Shown here piece by piece: positions 11,314-19,977 of a stretch of 64,000 nucleotides of DNA. How positions within the stretch are numbered: the first letter of the stretch is position 1; every line of letters starts with the position of its first letter. The position numbers and the translations under genes were made by a program. The notes beneath the pieces were generated by a model. It saw only the letters and a program-made list of their open reading frames with translations, searched no databases and was not told the DNA's origin. Origin of the DNA: Deltaproteobacteria bacterium (lineage in GTDB: Bacteria; Myxococcota; JACRCW01); contig JACRCW010000039.1 of assembly GCA_016218805.1 (NCBI GenBank), forward strand, positions 1 through 64,000. The letters run 5' to 3'.

Positions 11314-11330
11314 TACTACACGGCGTAGGA
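11314..11330. promoter_or_regulatory. Putative BlaI-family operator TACTAC-N5-GTAGGA
   Basis: Imperfect palindrome just upstream of the repressor ATG (11338), with TTGACT (-35-like) at 11302-11307. Confidence 0.7.
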
Positions 11331-11337
11331 GTAGAGC

Positions 11338-11718
11338 ATGTCCGCGACACGGCATGCGCTCGGTGAACTCGAGCACGCCATCATGAATGTCCTTTGGGCG
11401 CGCGCGCCTCTGTCGGTGCGTGAGGTTCTCGCCCGGCTGCGTCGTCGCCCCCCGCCCGCGTACACCACCGTGATGACCGTGCTGGACCGCCTCCACGCCA
11501 AGGGCCTTGTTGAGCGCGTGAAGGACGGCAAGGCGTTCCTGTACGGTCCCACGGTCACGTGCGACGAGTGGACCGCGGAAAACGCGCTTCGCGCGCTGGG
11601 CAGGGACCCCACCACGGGCGTCTTGGTCGCATTCCTGGACTCCGCCCAGCGGGCCGACTCGGACCTGATGGACCGCTTGGAGCGGCTGATCGCGGCACGG
11701 CGGGAGCGTGGCACTTGA
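11338..11718 (+). CDS. BlaI/MecI/CopY family transcriptional repressor
   Basis: LGELEHAIMNVLW, AYTTVMTVLDRLHAKGLVERVKDGKAFLY. Confidence 0.93.
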   Translation: MSATRHALGELEHAIMNVLWARAPLSVREVLARLRRRPPPAYTTVMTVLDRLHAKGLVERVKDGKAFLYGPTVTCDEWTAENALRALGRDPTTGVLVAFLDSAQRADSDLMDRLERLIAARRERGT

Positions 11719-12689
11719 GCGCCCTCCTGCTCGGTCCGCCTCTCTTCCTGATCTTCGTCGTCTCCGCCATGGCGGCCTCCGCGTGCGTGTCCTTGTTCCG
11801 CCGGTGGAGCGCACGGCAATCCGCGCTGCTCGCGTTCCTTGCAACCGCGGGACCCCTGTTGGCGGCCCTGCTGACATTCGCCGCCTTCCTGGGTCCGCTG
11901 TTTGAAGGCCACTGCCACTGCGCGGAACATGGTCTGCATCATCCGCACCTTTGCCCACTGCACCCGTTGCACGCCGCAGGCTTGGTTGCGCCAAGCGCCT
12001 ACCTTCTGGCCGCATGGGCCCTGTTCGTCGCGCCAGAGGTCATGGTTCTGGCGCACAGCGTGCTGCGCGCGGCAAGGTGGCGCCGCGCTGTCCTGCGATT
12101 GCCCGCGCAGGTCATCAGGGGCTGCCAGGTGCGCCTCTCCCCCTGCGGCGGCCTCGGCGCGGTGACGGTCGGCCTGTTGCGCCCGGTAATCGTCGTCGAC
12201 CCGCGCGCCTGGGAGGCCCTGGAGCCGGCGGAACGGGAAGCCGTCGTCCTGCACGAAGCTGCCCATGCCCGAAGGCGGGACGGGTCCGTCCTCTTCATCC
12301 TCCGCCTGTGGTCGGCGCTGGTCCCGGTGCCCTCGCTCCGGCGCACCGTGGACGCATGGCGGGAGGCCGCGGAACACGCCTGTGACCGGGCCGCCGCGGC
12401 GACGCTGGGGAGCCCATGCACCGTCGCTGCCGCGCTCGTGGCGGTGGAGGGCTCGCGCCACGGCTGCCGCGGCGCCCCGCCGCTCGCCGTGCTCCCGGTG
12501 GCGGGTGGTGCCGGCCTGGAGGACCGCGTCCAATCACTGCTGGCCGTGGAGCACGGGACAACCCGGGCCGCGGTGCCCGCCCTCGCACCGGTCGTCGCCG
12601 TTGCGCTTGCCGCCGCGGCCATTGCCCTGACCGTCCCGACCCACCACCTCGTCGAAACCACGCTCGGTTTCCTTCTCTCGTCCCATTGA
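11715..12689 (+). CDS. BlaR1/M56-like membrane metallopeptidase with His/Cys loop
   Basis: TTG start overlaps the repressor stop. Motifs GLLRPVIVV, HEAAHARRRD and EHACD; loop GHCHCAEHGLHHPHLCPLHPLH. Confidence 0.85.
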   Translation: MSALLLGPPLFLIFVVSAMAASACVSLFRRWSARQSALLAFLATAGPLLAALLTFAAFLGPLFEGHCHCAEHGLHHPHLCPLHPLHAAGLVAPSAYLLAAWALFVAPEVMVLAHSVLRAARWRRAVLRLPAQVIRGCQVRLSPCGGLGAVTVGLLRPVIVVDPRAWEALEPAEREAVVLHEAAHARRRDGSVLFILRLWSALVPVPSLRRTVDAWREAAEHACDRAAAATLGSPCTVAAALVAVEGSRHGCRGAPPLAVLPVAGGAGLEDRVQSLLAVEHGTTRAAVPALAPVVAVALAAAAIALTVPTHHLVETTLGFLLSSH

Positions 12690-12721
12690 TGACGCATGCG
12701 CCCGCTCGGAGATGCACTCCC

Positions 12722-14272
12722 ATGGCCCGAACTACTACGCCGAGTAGTATCGCAATGTCGTTCCTGGTCCTCACCCTGGCCGCGTGCCCGCGGCCGGGCG
12801 GCCCCGAACCGCACGGACATGGCCACGAGGAGTCCGCCGAACCCGAGGCCCCGCCGGTGGCCATCACGCGTTGGACCGGGCGACACGAACTGTTCGTCGA
12901 GTTTCCCTCGCCCGTGGCCGCCCAACCCATGCGCTTCCACGCCCACGTGACGAGGCTGGAGGGCACGCAGGCCGCCACGCGGGGCGTCTTCCGGGTGCTG
13001 TTCCGGCGGGGCGACACCGTCGTCGCGCAGGCCAGCGCGGCAGGCGTGACCCGCCCGGGTGTCTTCAAGCCGGAAACCACGGCGCCCGCTGCCGGGGACT
13101 ACCAGGTCGCCATGGTCTACGACGTCGAGGGCGTCACGGACACGTTCGAATGCGGGACCGTCACCGTGCACGCCACGCCGCCCGGGCCGAAGGAGGAGGC
13201 GCCGGGTGGCGCTGCCATCACGTTTCTCAAGGAGACCCAGTGGCGCATCCCGTTTGCCACGGCCGTTGCTGAGGAGAGGCCGCTCGCCGTGGAGCGCGAG
13301 TTCGCCGCTGTCGTCGACGCGGCGGGTTCCTCTCAACTCACGATCAATGCGCCCGTGGCCGGGCGCGTCCTCTTCCCGTCGTCGGGTTCGCTGGTCGTGG
13401 GAACCCGGGTGTCGGCGGGAGCGACCCTTGCCACGCTTGTGCCGTTGCTGTTCGGTGATGACCTGGCTCGGCTGCAGGCGTCTATCGCCGAATTGCGCGT
13501 GACCCAGGCGCAGCAGGAACGGGAAGTGAAACGCCTGGGGGACCTGGTGCAGCAAGGCCTCCGCACCAACCAGGACGTTGTGGAAGCGGCGAACCACCTG
13601 GAGACCACGCAGGTCCGCCTGCGAACGGCGGAGGAGCGGCTGACGCGCGTCCTGGCCACGGGCCAGCGGGACGGGGTTGCCGTGCGGAGCCCGCTGGACG
13701 CCCTGGTGTCGCAGGTCCACGTCGGGAACGGAGACACCGTCCAGGCGGGAATGCCCATCCTGCGCGTCGCGGACGTCCAGCGCCTGTGGCTGACCATGAG
13801 GTCCATCGCGCGCCCTCTCGCGGAAACGGCGGACGCGCTCCCGGTGGCGGTGCGTTTCGCGAACGGTTCCCTCGTCGACCTTGCGGCCTACGCGCCGCGG
13901 CTCCTCTCCGTCCACCCGGTCACGGACCCGGAGAGCCGCATCGCCACGTGGACCGTCGAGTTGGCGCGCGGCTCGACGTCCCCGCTCCTTGCGCTCGGCT
14001 CCTCCGTGGTGGTGGTCATGCGGATGGACCAACCCGCCAACGTCGTCGCAGTCCCGCGGACCGCGGTGGTGGAGTTGAACACGCGCCCGTGGGTGTTCGT
14101 GCAGGTGGAAGGCGAGACGTTCGAGAAGCGCGGCGTGGTCACGGGTCGCAGCGACGGGACCTGGGTGCAGATCGTCTCCGGCGTCGCCGCGGGTGAACGT
14201 GTCGTGACGCGCGGCGGTTTTGACATCCACCTGTCGTCGCTCATGGGCACGATGGAAAGCCACCGGCACTGA
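12722..14272 (+). CDS. RND efflux periplasmic adaptor (CzcB/CusB-like), lipoprotein
   Basis: LAAC lipobox, His-rich HGHGHEE, TRWT..HELFVEF, coiled hairpin, C-terminal FEKRGV..G....GERVVTRG. Start is 12722 or 12755. Confidence 0.88.
   Translation: MARTTTPSSIAMSFLVLTLAACPRPGGPEPHGHGHEESAEPEAPPVAITRWTGRHELFVEFPSPVAAQPMRFHAHVTRLEGTQAATRGVFRVLFRRGDTVVAQASAAGVTRPGVFKPETTAPAAGDYQVAMVYDVEGVTDTFECGTVTVHATPPGPKEEAPGGAAITFLKETQWRIPFATAVAEERPLAVEREFAAVVDAAGSSQLTINAPVAGRVLFPSSGSLVVGTRVSAGATLATLVPLLFGDDLARLQASIAELRVTQAQQEREVKRLGDLVQQGLRTNQDVVEAANHLETTQVRLRTAEERLTRVLATGQRDGVAVRSPLDALVSQVHVGNGDTVQAGMPILRVADVQRLWLTMRSIARPLAETADALPVAVRFANGSLVDLAAYAPRLLSVHPVTDPESRIATWTVELARGSTSPLLALGSSVVVVMRMDQPANVVAVPRTAVVELNTRPWVFVQVEGETFEKRGVVTGRSDGTWVQIVSGVAAGERVVTRGGFDIHLSSLMGTMESHRH
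12733..12749. promoter_or_regulatory. Second putative BlaI-family operator TACTAC-N5-GTAGTA
   Basis: Perfect 6-bp arms at the 5' end of the efflux MFP gene; same core as 11314-11330. Confidence 0.6.
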
Positions 14273-14278
14273 GGCCCC

Positions 14279-17200
14279 ATGTTCGACGCCATCATCCGAC
14301 TCTCCCTGCGGCACACCGGTCTCGTCGTCGCCCTGGCGCTGGCGGTGCTGGGATTCGGCATCGCAGTGGCCTCCGAGATGCCTGTGGATGTGCTGCCTGA
14401 CCTCTCCGCGCCTTCCGTCACCGTCATCACCGAGGCGCGCGGCATGGCGCCCGAGGAGGTGGAGCAACTCGTCACCATTCCCATCGAACAGGCCATCAAC
14501 GGAGCAACGGGCGTGCGCCGCCTGCGCTCGTCGTCGGCCGTGGGCATCTCGCTGGTCTGGGTCGAGTTCGACTGGGACGTGCCCGGGATGTACTCGCGCC
14601 AGGTCGTCGCCGAGAAGCTGGCCGTGGCGCGCTCGTCGCTTCCCGCCGGCATCGAGCCGGTGATGGCACCCATGTCATCCATCATGGGCGAGATCATGTT
14701 CGTCGGCCTGAAGGGTAGCGCCAGCATCGACGCCACCGCGGTGCGCGAAACCGCCGAGTGGCTCGTGCGGCGCCGGCTGCTCGGCGTGCCGGGCGTGGCG
14801 CAGGTGGTGCCCATTGGCGGCGCGATCAAGCAGGTCCACGTGGTGCTTGATCCCGATCGACTCACGCAGCTGGGCATGGACGCCGCATCAATCCAGGACG
14901 CGCTGAACGGCGCCTTTGAGAACACACCCGGCGGGTTCATTGTCGCCAGCGACCAGGAATACCTCGTGCGCGGCATCGGCCGGGTCACCTCGGTGGAGGC
15001 GGTCGGCCGCGTGGTCGTGGGCCGGCATCATGGCGTACCGGTCCTGCTGCGCGATGTGGCGGACGTGCGCGTGGGCGAGGCAATTCGGCGTGGCGACGCA
15101 TCCGTCGAGGGCACACCGGCCGTCACGCTGAAGATCCAGAAGCAGCCGCAGGCCAACACGCTCGAGCTCACGCGGCGCATCGACGTGGTGCTCGACGACC
15201 TGCAGGAGTCCCTGCCGAAGGGGATGACACTGTACCGCAAGGGTTTCCGCCAGGCGGACTTCATCGACCTGGCCATCAAGAACGTGATGGACGTGCTGCG
15301 GGACGGGTCCATCCTGGTCACGCTGGTGCTCATCCTGTTCCTGCTCAACTGGCGGCCCACGCTGATTTCCCTGGCCGCCCTCCCGTTGTCGCTGCTTGTC
15401 GGCATCCTGGTCCTGCGCTGGCTGGGCGCGTCCATGAACACCATGACGCTCGGCGGGTTCGCCATCGCCATCGGCGAACTGGTGGACGACGCCATCATCG
15501 GCGTGGAGAACGTGCACCGGCGGCTGCGCGACAACAGCCTCGTTCCCGAGAGCGCGCGCCGGCCCGTTTTCGACATCGTCTCCGAGGCGTCCCGCGAGGT
15601 CCGCGGGTCCATTGTGTTTGCGACCACGATCATCCTCATGGTCTTTGCGCCGTTGTTCTTTCTCAGCGGGCTGGAGGGACGCCTGCTCCGGCCGCTGGGC
15701 ACCGCGTACGTGGTCAGCATTGGCGCGTCACTGATTGTGGCGCTGACGGTCACCCCGGTGCTCTGCCTGCTCCTGCTGGGCGGCACACCGCACGCCGTAC
15801 GGGCTGACTGGGCCATGGTGCGGTGGATGAAGGCCGGGTACCGCCGGATCCTCCACGGCCTCGTACGCCACGGCGCGGTCATCGGCGTGCTGTCGTTGGC
15901 CGGTGCCATCACCGCCACCACCGCCATGTTCTCGTTTGGCCGGCGGTTCCTGCCTGAGTTCAACGAGGGCGCGCTGAACATTGCCGCGGCCACGGCGCCG
16001 GGGACGTCGCTGGCGACCTCGATTGAGATGGTTGGACGCCTGGAGTCCTTCCTCGTCGCTCATCCGGCCGTGGCCTCCGTGGTTCGCCAGACGGGCCGCG
16101 CTGAGCGTGACGAGCATGCGCAGGACGTCAACTTCTCCGAGCTCGAGGTGGGGCTGAACATTGAGGAGGGAGATCGGGAACGTGTCCTCGCGGACATCCG
16201 CGAGCAGGCGGCGCGGATTCCCGGGCTCGCTGTGGCGGTGGGCCAGCCCATCAGCCACCGCATCGAGCACCTGCTCAGCGGCGTGCGCGCCCCGCTGGTC
16301 CTGCGCATCTTTGGCGACGACCTGGACCAGCTGCGGGCCCTGGCGCGGCAGGCGGAGGCGGCCATGAAGCGCGTGCCCGGTCTCGTTGATGTCAACGTGG
16401 AGCAGCAGACGGAGATCCCCCAACTTGCCATCCGTCCGCGTGAGACAGAGCTGGCGGCGTTCGGGATGACGCCTGGCCAGCTTGCGCGCTTCACCGAAAT
16501 GGCCCTTGCTGGCCAGGTGGTGGGCACGTGGTGGGAACACCAGCGCTCGTACGACGTCATCCTGCGGATGCCGGACGCGTACCGTGCCAGCGCGGATCTC
16601 GTGGGCGCTACGCCAGTGCACCACATGGACGGGCGGGCGGTTCCCCTGTCAGCCGTGGCCACCATCGACAGGACGCTTGCGCCAAACCTTGTGAACCGGG
16701 AGAACGCGCAGCGGCGGATCGTGGTGTCAGCAAGCGTCACCGGTCGGGATGTGCGCGGTGCCGCGGAGGACGTGCTGCGCAGCGTGACCGCGCAGGTGAG
16801 GCTGCCGCCGCAGTACCACGTGGAGCTTGGTGGCGAGTTCGAGAGCGAGGCGCGGGCCAGCCGCACCATCCTGCTTCTCTCTTTGCTGGCGATCCTGGGG
16901 ATGGCCGTGCTTCTCGGCATCGCGTTCCGATCTGCGCGCGACGCAGCGCTCGTGATGGTGAACCTCCCGCTTGCTCTCATGGGCGGCGCGGCGGCCGTCG
17001 CCATGACCGGGAGCATCCTGAGCGTGGCCTCCCTCGTTGGGTTCATCACCCTGTTCGGGGTGGCCACGCGTAACGGGATCATGATGGTGACGCACTACCG
17101 TCACCTCGTGGTCCGCGAGCAGCGGACCCTCCGCGACGCCGTGCTGGACGGGAGCGTGGACCGGCTCGTCCCCATCCTGATGACTGCGCTCACTGCGGCG

Positions 17201-17350
17201 CTCGGGCTCGTTCCCATCGTGCTGGCCACCGGTGAACCCGGCAACGAGATCCAGGCACCCATGGCCGCGGTCATCCTCGGCGGCCTCGTCACTTCCACCG
17301 TGTTGAACCTGTTTGTCGTGCCGCCGCTGTTCACGCGGTTCGCGAGGTGA
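14279..17350 (+). CDS. CusA/CzcA family heavy-metal RND efflux permease
   Basis: 1023 aa; MPVDVLPDL, APEEVEQLVT.PIE, AIAIGELVDDAII, FLPEFNEG, RLVPILMTALTA. Confidence 0.95.
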   Translation: MFDAIIRLSLRHTGLVVALALAVLGFGIAVASEMPVDVLPDLSAPSVTVITEARGMAPEEVEQLVTIPIEQAINGATGVRRLRSSSAVGISLVWVEFDWDVPGMYSRQVVAEKLAVARSSLPAGIEPVMAPMSSIMGEIMFVGLKGSASIDATAVRETAEWLVRRRLLGVPGVAQVVPIGGAIKQVHVVLDPDRLTQLGMDAASIQDALNGAFENTPGGFIVASDQEYLVRGIGRVTSVEAVGRVVVGRHHGVPVLLRDVADVRVGEAIRRGDASVEGTPAVTLKIQKQPQANTLELTRRIDVVLDDLQESLPKGMTLYRKGFRQADFIDLAIKNVMDVLRDGSILVTLVLILFLLNWRPTLISLAALPLSLLVGILVLRWLGASMNTMTLGGFAIAIGELVDDAIIGVENVHRRLRDNSLVPESARRPVFDIVSEASREVRGSIVFATTIILMVFAPLFFLSGLEGRLLRPLGTAYVVSIGASLIVALTVTPVLCLLLLGGTPHAVRADWAMVRWMKAGYRRILHGLVRHGAVIGVLSLAGAITATTAMFSFGRRFLPEFNEGALNIAAATAPGTSLATSIEMVGRLESFLVAHPAVASVVRQTGRAERDEHAQDVNFSELEVGLNIEEGDRERVLADIREQAARIPGLAVAVGQPISHRIEHLLSGVRAPLVLRIFGDDLDQLRALARQAEAAMKRVPGLVDVNVEQQTEIPQLAIRPRETELAAFGMTPGQLARFTEMALAGQVVGTWWEHQRSYDVILRMPDAYRASADLVGATPVHHMDGRAVPLSAVATIDRTLAPNLVNRENAQRRIVVSASVTGRDVRGAAEDVLRSVTAQVRLPPQYHVELGGEFESEARASRTILLLSLLAILGMAVLLGIAFRSARDAALVMVNLPLALMGGAAAVAMTGSILSVASLVGFITLFGVATRNGIMMVTHYRHLVVREQRTLRDAVLDGSVDRLVPILMTALTAALGLVPIVLATGEPGNEIQAPMAAVILGGLVTSTVLNLFVVPPLFTRFAR

Positions 17351-18600
17351 CGTCAATGTGGCGCGTCGTTGCCGTCGTCCCGTTGGTGTCCACCGTGGCG
17401 CTCGCCGCGGGCCAGGAGGGCCGCGCAGGCCTGACGCTGGAGTCGGCCATGGCGCTGGCGCGCGCGCGGGCCCCGTCGGTGCTGGCGGCCGACACAGAGC
17501 TGCGCGCGGAGCAGGCCAGCCGCGTAGGGGCCACGCCGCTGTTCGCGCGCAACCCAAGCCTGGAGGGCGGCGCCGGCGGTATGCTGGTCCCGGCGGCCCG
17601 GCTGCGCGATTGGCGCGATACGACCGCGGGTCCCACCGCGTTTCTGGGCGTGGCGATACCCATCGAGATTGCAGCCCAGCGTTGGAGCAGGGTGGCCGCG
17701 GTCGACGCGCGCATCGCGGTGCGGCGGGCCAACCGCGACGACGCGGTACGGGAGGCGTTGTTCTCGGTGGGAGAGGAGTTCTTCCGGGTGCTGCACGCGC
17801 AACGCCGCGAGCAACTTGCGGAGGAGACGGTCGCCGTGGCGACGCGGTGGTGCGCGGCCATCCGCGCGCGCCAGGCAGCTGGGGACGCGTCCAGGCTGGA
17901 TGTCCGCATTGCCGACGCGGAGCTGGCGACGGCCGAGCAGGCTCTGCTGGCCCACCGCGGGGCGCACCACGTGGCGAAGGCCCGCCTGGCCGCGCTGCTT
18001 GGCGCGGGAACGGAGGCTGTGCAGGACGTGACCGGTGACCTCGTCCCGCCGACGCCGTTGCCGTCGTTGGAGGACGCGCTTGCCCACCTGGCGGAACGCG
18101 CGGACATCCGCGCGGTGCGCATGGGGCGGGGAGCCGCACTGCGGGAGGCCAACGTTGCCGCGGGCAACGCGTTCCCCAGCCCGACGCTGAAGAGCTACTA
18201 CCAGTACTGGAATCGCGAACACGCCCTGATGGCCACCGTGGAGGTGCCGCTTCCCATCTTCGACCGGGGGCAGGGCGAGGAGGCGCGTGCGCGCGCCCGC
18301 GCCAGCGGCCTCGCCGCCGAGCCTGACGCGCGGTTGGACAGGGCCCGCATGGAGGTGACGCAGGCATGGGAGTTGGCGCGCACGCTGGCGTCCCTGCGCG
18401 AGGTTTCCAGTTCCCGTGACGATGCGATGACGCTGCCCGCGGACCTCGAAGAACAGCTCAGGTCGCATCGCGTTGAGCTGGCCACGGTCCTGCTGGCCCA
18501 GCGGCAGGTCATGCAGCTCAGGGCGGAAGCGCTGGACCTGCAGCTGCTGGAAGCCATGGCCCGCTTGTGGCTGGACCATGCGTCCGGCGTGTTGAAGTAG
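17347..18600 (+). CDS. TolC/CzcC family outer-membrane efflux protein
   Basis: LTLESAMALA, AGDASRLDV, VPLPIFDRGQG; coupled to the permease stop. Confidence 0.85.
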   Translation: MTSMWRVVAVVPLVSTVALAAGQEGRAGLTLESAMALARARAPSVLAADTELRAEQASRVGATPLFARNPSLEGGAGGMLVPAARLRDWRDTTAGPTAFLGVAIPIEIAAQRWSRVAAVDARIAVRRANRDDAVREALFSVGEEFFRVLHAQRREQLAEETVAVATRWCAAIRARQAAGDASRLDVRIADAELATAEQALLAHRGAHHVAKARLAALLGAGTEAVQDVTGDLVPPTPLPSLEDALAHLAERADIRAVRMGRGAALREANVAAGNAFPSPTLKSYYQYWNREHALMATVEVPLPIFDRGQGEEARARARASGLAAEPDARLDRARMEVTQAWELARTLASLREVSSSRDDAMTLPADLEEQLRSHRVELATVLLAQRQVMQLRAEALDLQLLEAMARLWLDHASGVLK

Positions 18601-18636
18601 CGCGGCCTGCTCTCGTACGCGGAGGCCGGCGGTGGC

Positions 18637-18860
18637 TGCGCTGGGGCGTGGACAACAACCTGACGGCCATGAACGATGGGTTCACACCGACGCAGCTGAC
18701 GTGCATCAAGGGACCGGTCGCCGGGAGCGCCAACCTGGTCCTCGGAGCGTGGGTGGAGCCGTCATCGGGGGCGTGGTCAGCTGCGCCGCGGGCGCGGAAC
18801 ACACCCATCCGCACGAACACGCGGAGATGGAGCACATGTACGCGCACGTTCCGGAACCGC
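18637..18860 (+). pseudogene. Remnant of an EamA/DMT transporter with His-rich tail
   Basis: WGVDNNLTA...KGPVAGSANL in one frame and EHTHPHEHAEMEHMYAHVP in another; most of the gene is missing. Confidence 0.6.
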
Positions 18861-18898
18861 CCTGCACCCCGTTCCCATCAAGCCGCCGAATCTCCAAG

Positions 18899-19474
18899 TC
18901 AGCCTGGGGAAGCGTAGAGCGCGTCAACATCCAACTCGCAGTCCAGGCACTCCGCGCGAATGCGGTCCCCGGCGTCCGCACTGCGCGTACTCCACGCGTC
19001 CGCCGCGCGTTCCACAACCTCCACGTGCGGGCGTTCCTGGAACACGAACACCACGGCGTTCAGCGTCGGGACGAGTTGGTAATGCTCCAGCTTGGTGGTG
19101 AGATCGTAGGCCTGGGTCGCGGGGCTCAGGACCTCAACGAGCCGCACGGGATTCACCATGGCCAGCGCGTCATCGGCATCCCGCTGCACCTTGCCGCACA
19201 CCACGGAAACATCCGGACAGGTGGTGAGCCCGGTTGCAGCAACCCGCACCCGCGCGTCGGACGTGAACACCGCGCACCGGCGCGGCAGCCGTGCCAGTTG
19301 GACCCCCAGGATGGTGATGACTGCCGCGGCCAGCCGCGCGTGTTCCGGAGTTCCGCCCGCCACGGCAAACATCTCGCCTGCAAAGTACTGGTGCTTGACG
19401 TTGCTGTGCTCCTCCACCCGCACGTGGTCGGCCACGGAGTACTGCATTCTTCTGGCAGAAATCGCCATGGTCAT
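18899..19474 (-). CDS. Uma2 family (DUF820) endonuclease-fold protein
   Basis: KHQY.AGEMFAVAGGTPEH, PDVSVVC, LVEVLSPAT. Confidence 0.85.
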   Translation of the reverse strand: MTMAISARRMQYSVADHVRVEEHSNVKHQYFAGEMFAVAGGTPEHARLAAAVITILGVQLARLPRRCAVFTSDARVRVAATGLTTCPDVSVVCGKVQRDADDALAMVNPVRLVEVLSPATQAYDLTTKLEHYQLVPTLNAVVFVFQERPHVEVVERAADAWSTRSADAGDRIRAECLDCELDVDALYASPG

Positions 19475-19540
19475 GGTCCCCAGGTGCCAGTGAGCCATCC
19501 CGTCGGCGGCATGGTGCCTCCGGGAGGTCACGTCGACAAA

Positions 19541-19743
19541 CGCCCCTCAGCCGCGCCCTTCACCGGTCTTGGCGGGTTCCACCACCTGGATGCGGGACAC
19601 GCGCAGCACGCGCTCCTGTGCCTGCGGGTTCTTGGGGAAGCGCACGCGCACCATGGGCGTGCCCGCGCGGTCAAACCGCTCCACCACGTCCTCCGCCACG
19701 GCCAGCCCCAGCTCCACCAGGCGCGCACGCTTCGCGCGCGGTG
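19541..19743 (-). repeat. Duplicated, internally deleted 3' end of the XPB-partner gene
   Basis: 19541-19687 matches 23447-23593 (one mismatch seen); 19688-19743 matches 23984-24047 with a shortened GC run. Confidence 0.9.
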
Positions 19744-19810
19744 CCAATTCGGCGTGATCCGCCGGGCAAGGCGTGGCGCAGGAGTCATCGCGTCTGGACG
19801 ACCCTCAACC

Positions 19811-19844
19811 GGGCGGGGACAAGCCGGACAAGCCCCCGCCCTAC
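19811..19844 (-). repeat. GTAG-type REP-like palindrome
   Basis: GGGCGGGG-ACAAGCCGGACAAGC-CCCCGCCC-TAC; on the minus strand, GTAG followed by a hairpin. Confidence 0.55.
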
Positions 19845-19977
19845 AACGACAACCCACCAAGCGCGCTCCGCCCAAGCCCGGCCCCAACCGCCTCTGGGCC
19901 CCGGCGTCGGGGTTGATGACCTGGTGATCACCCTGTCGGCCACCTCGTTGCTGCGTCTGGCCGATGATCAGCAGGGC

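Noticed and set aside
19547..19747. 66-aa mini-ORF formed by the duplicated fragment
   Set aside because: TTG start with no clear RBS; best explained as a rearrangement scar.
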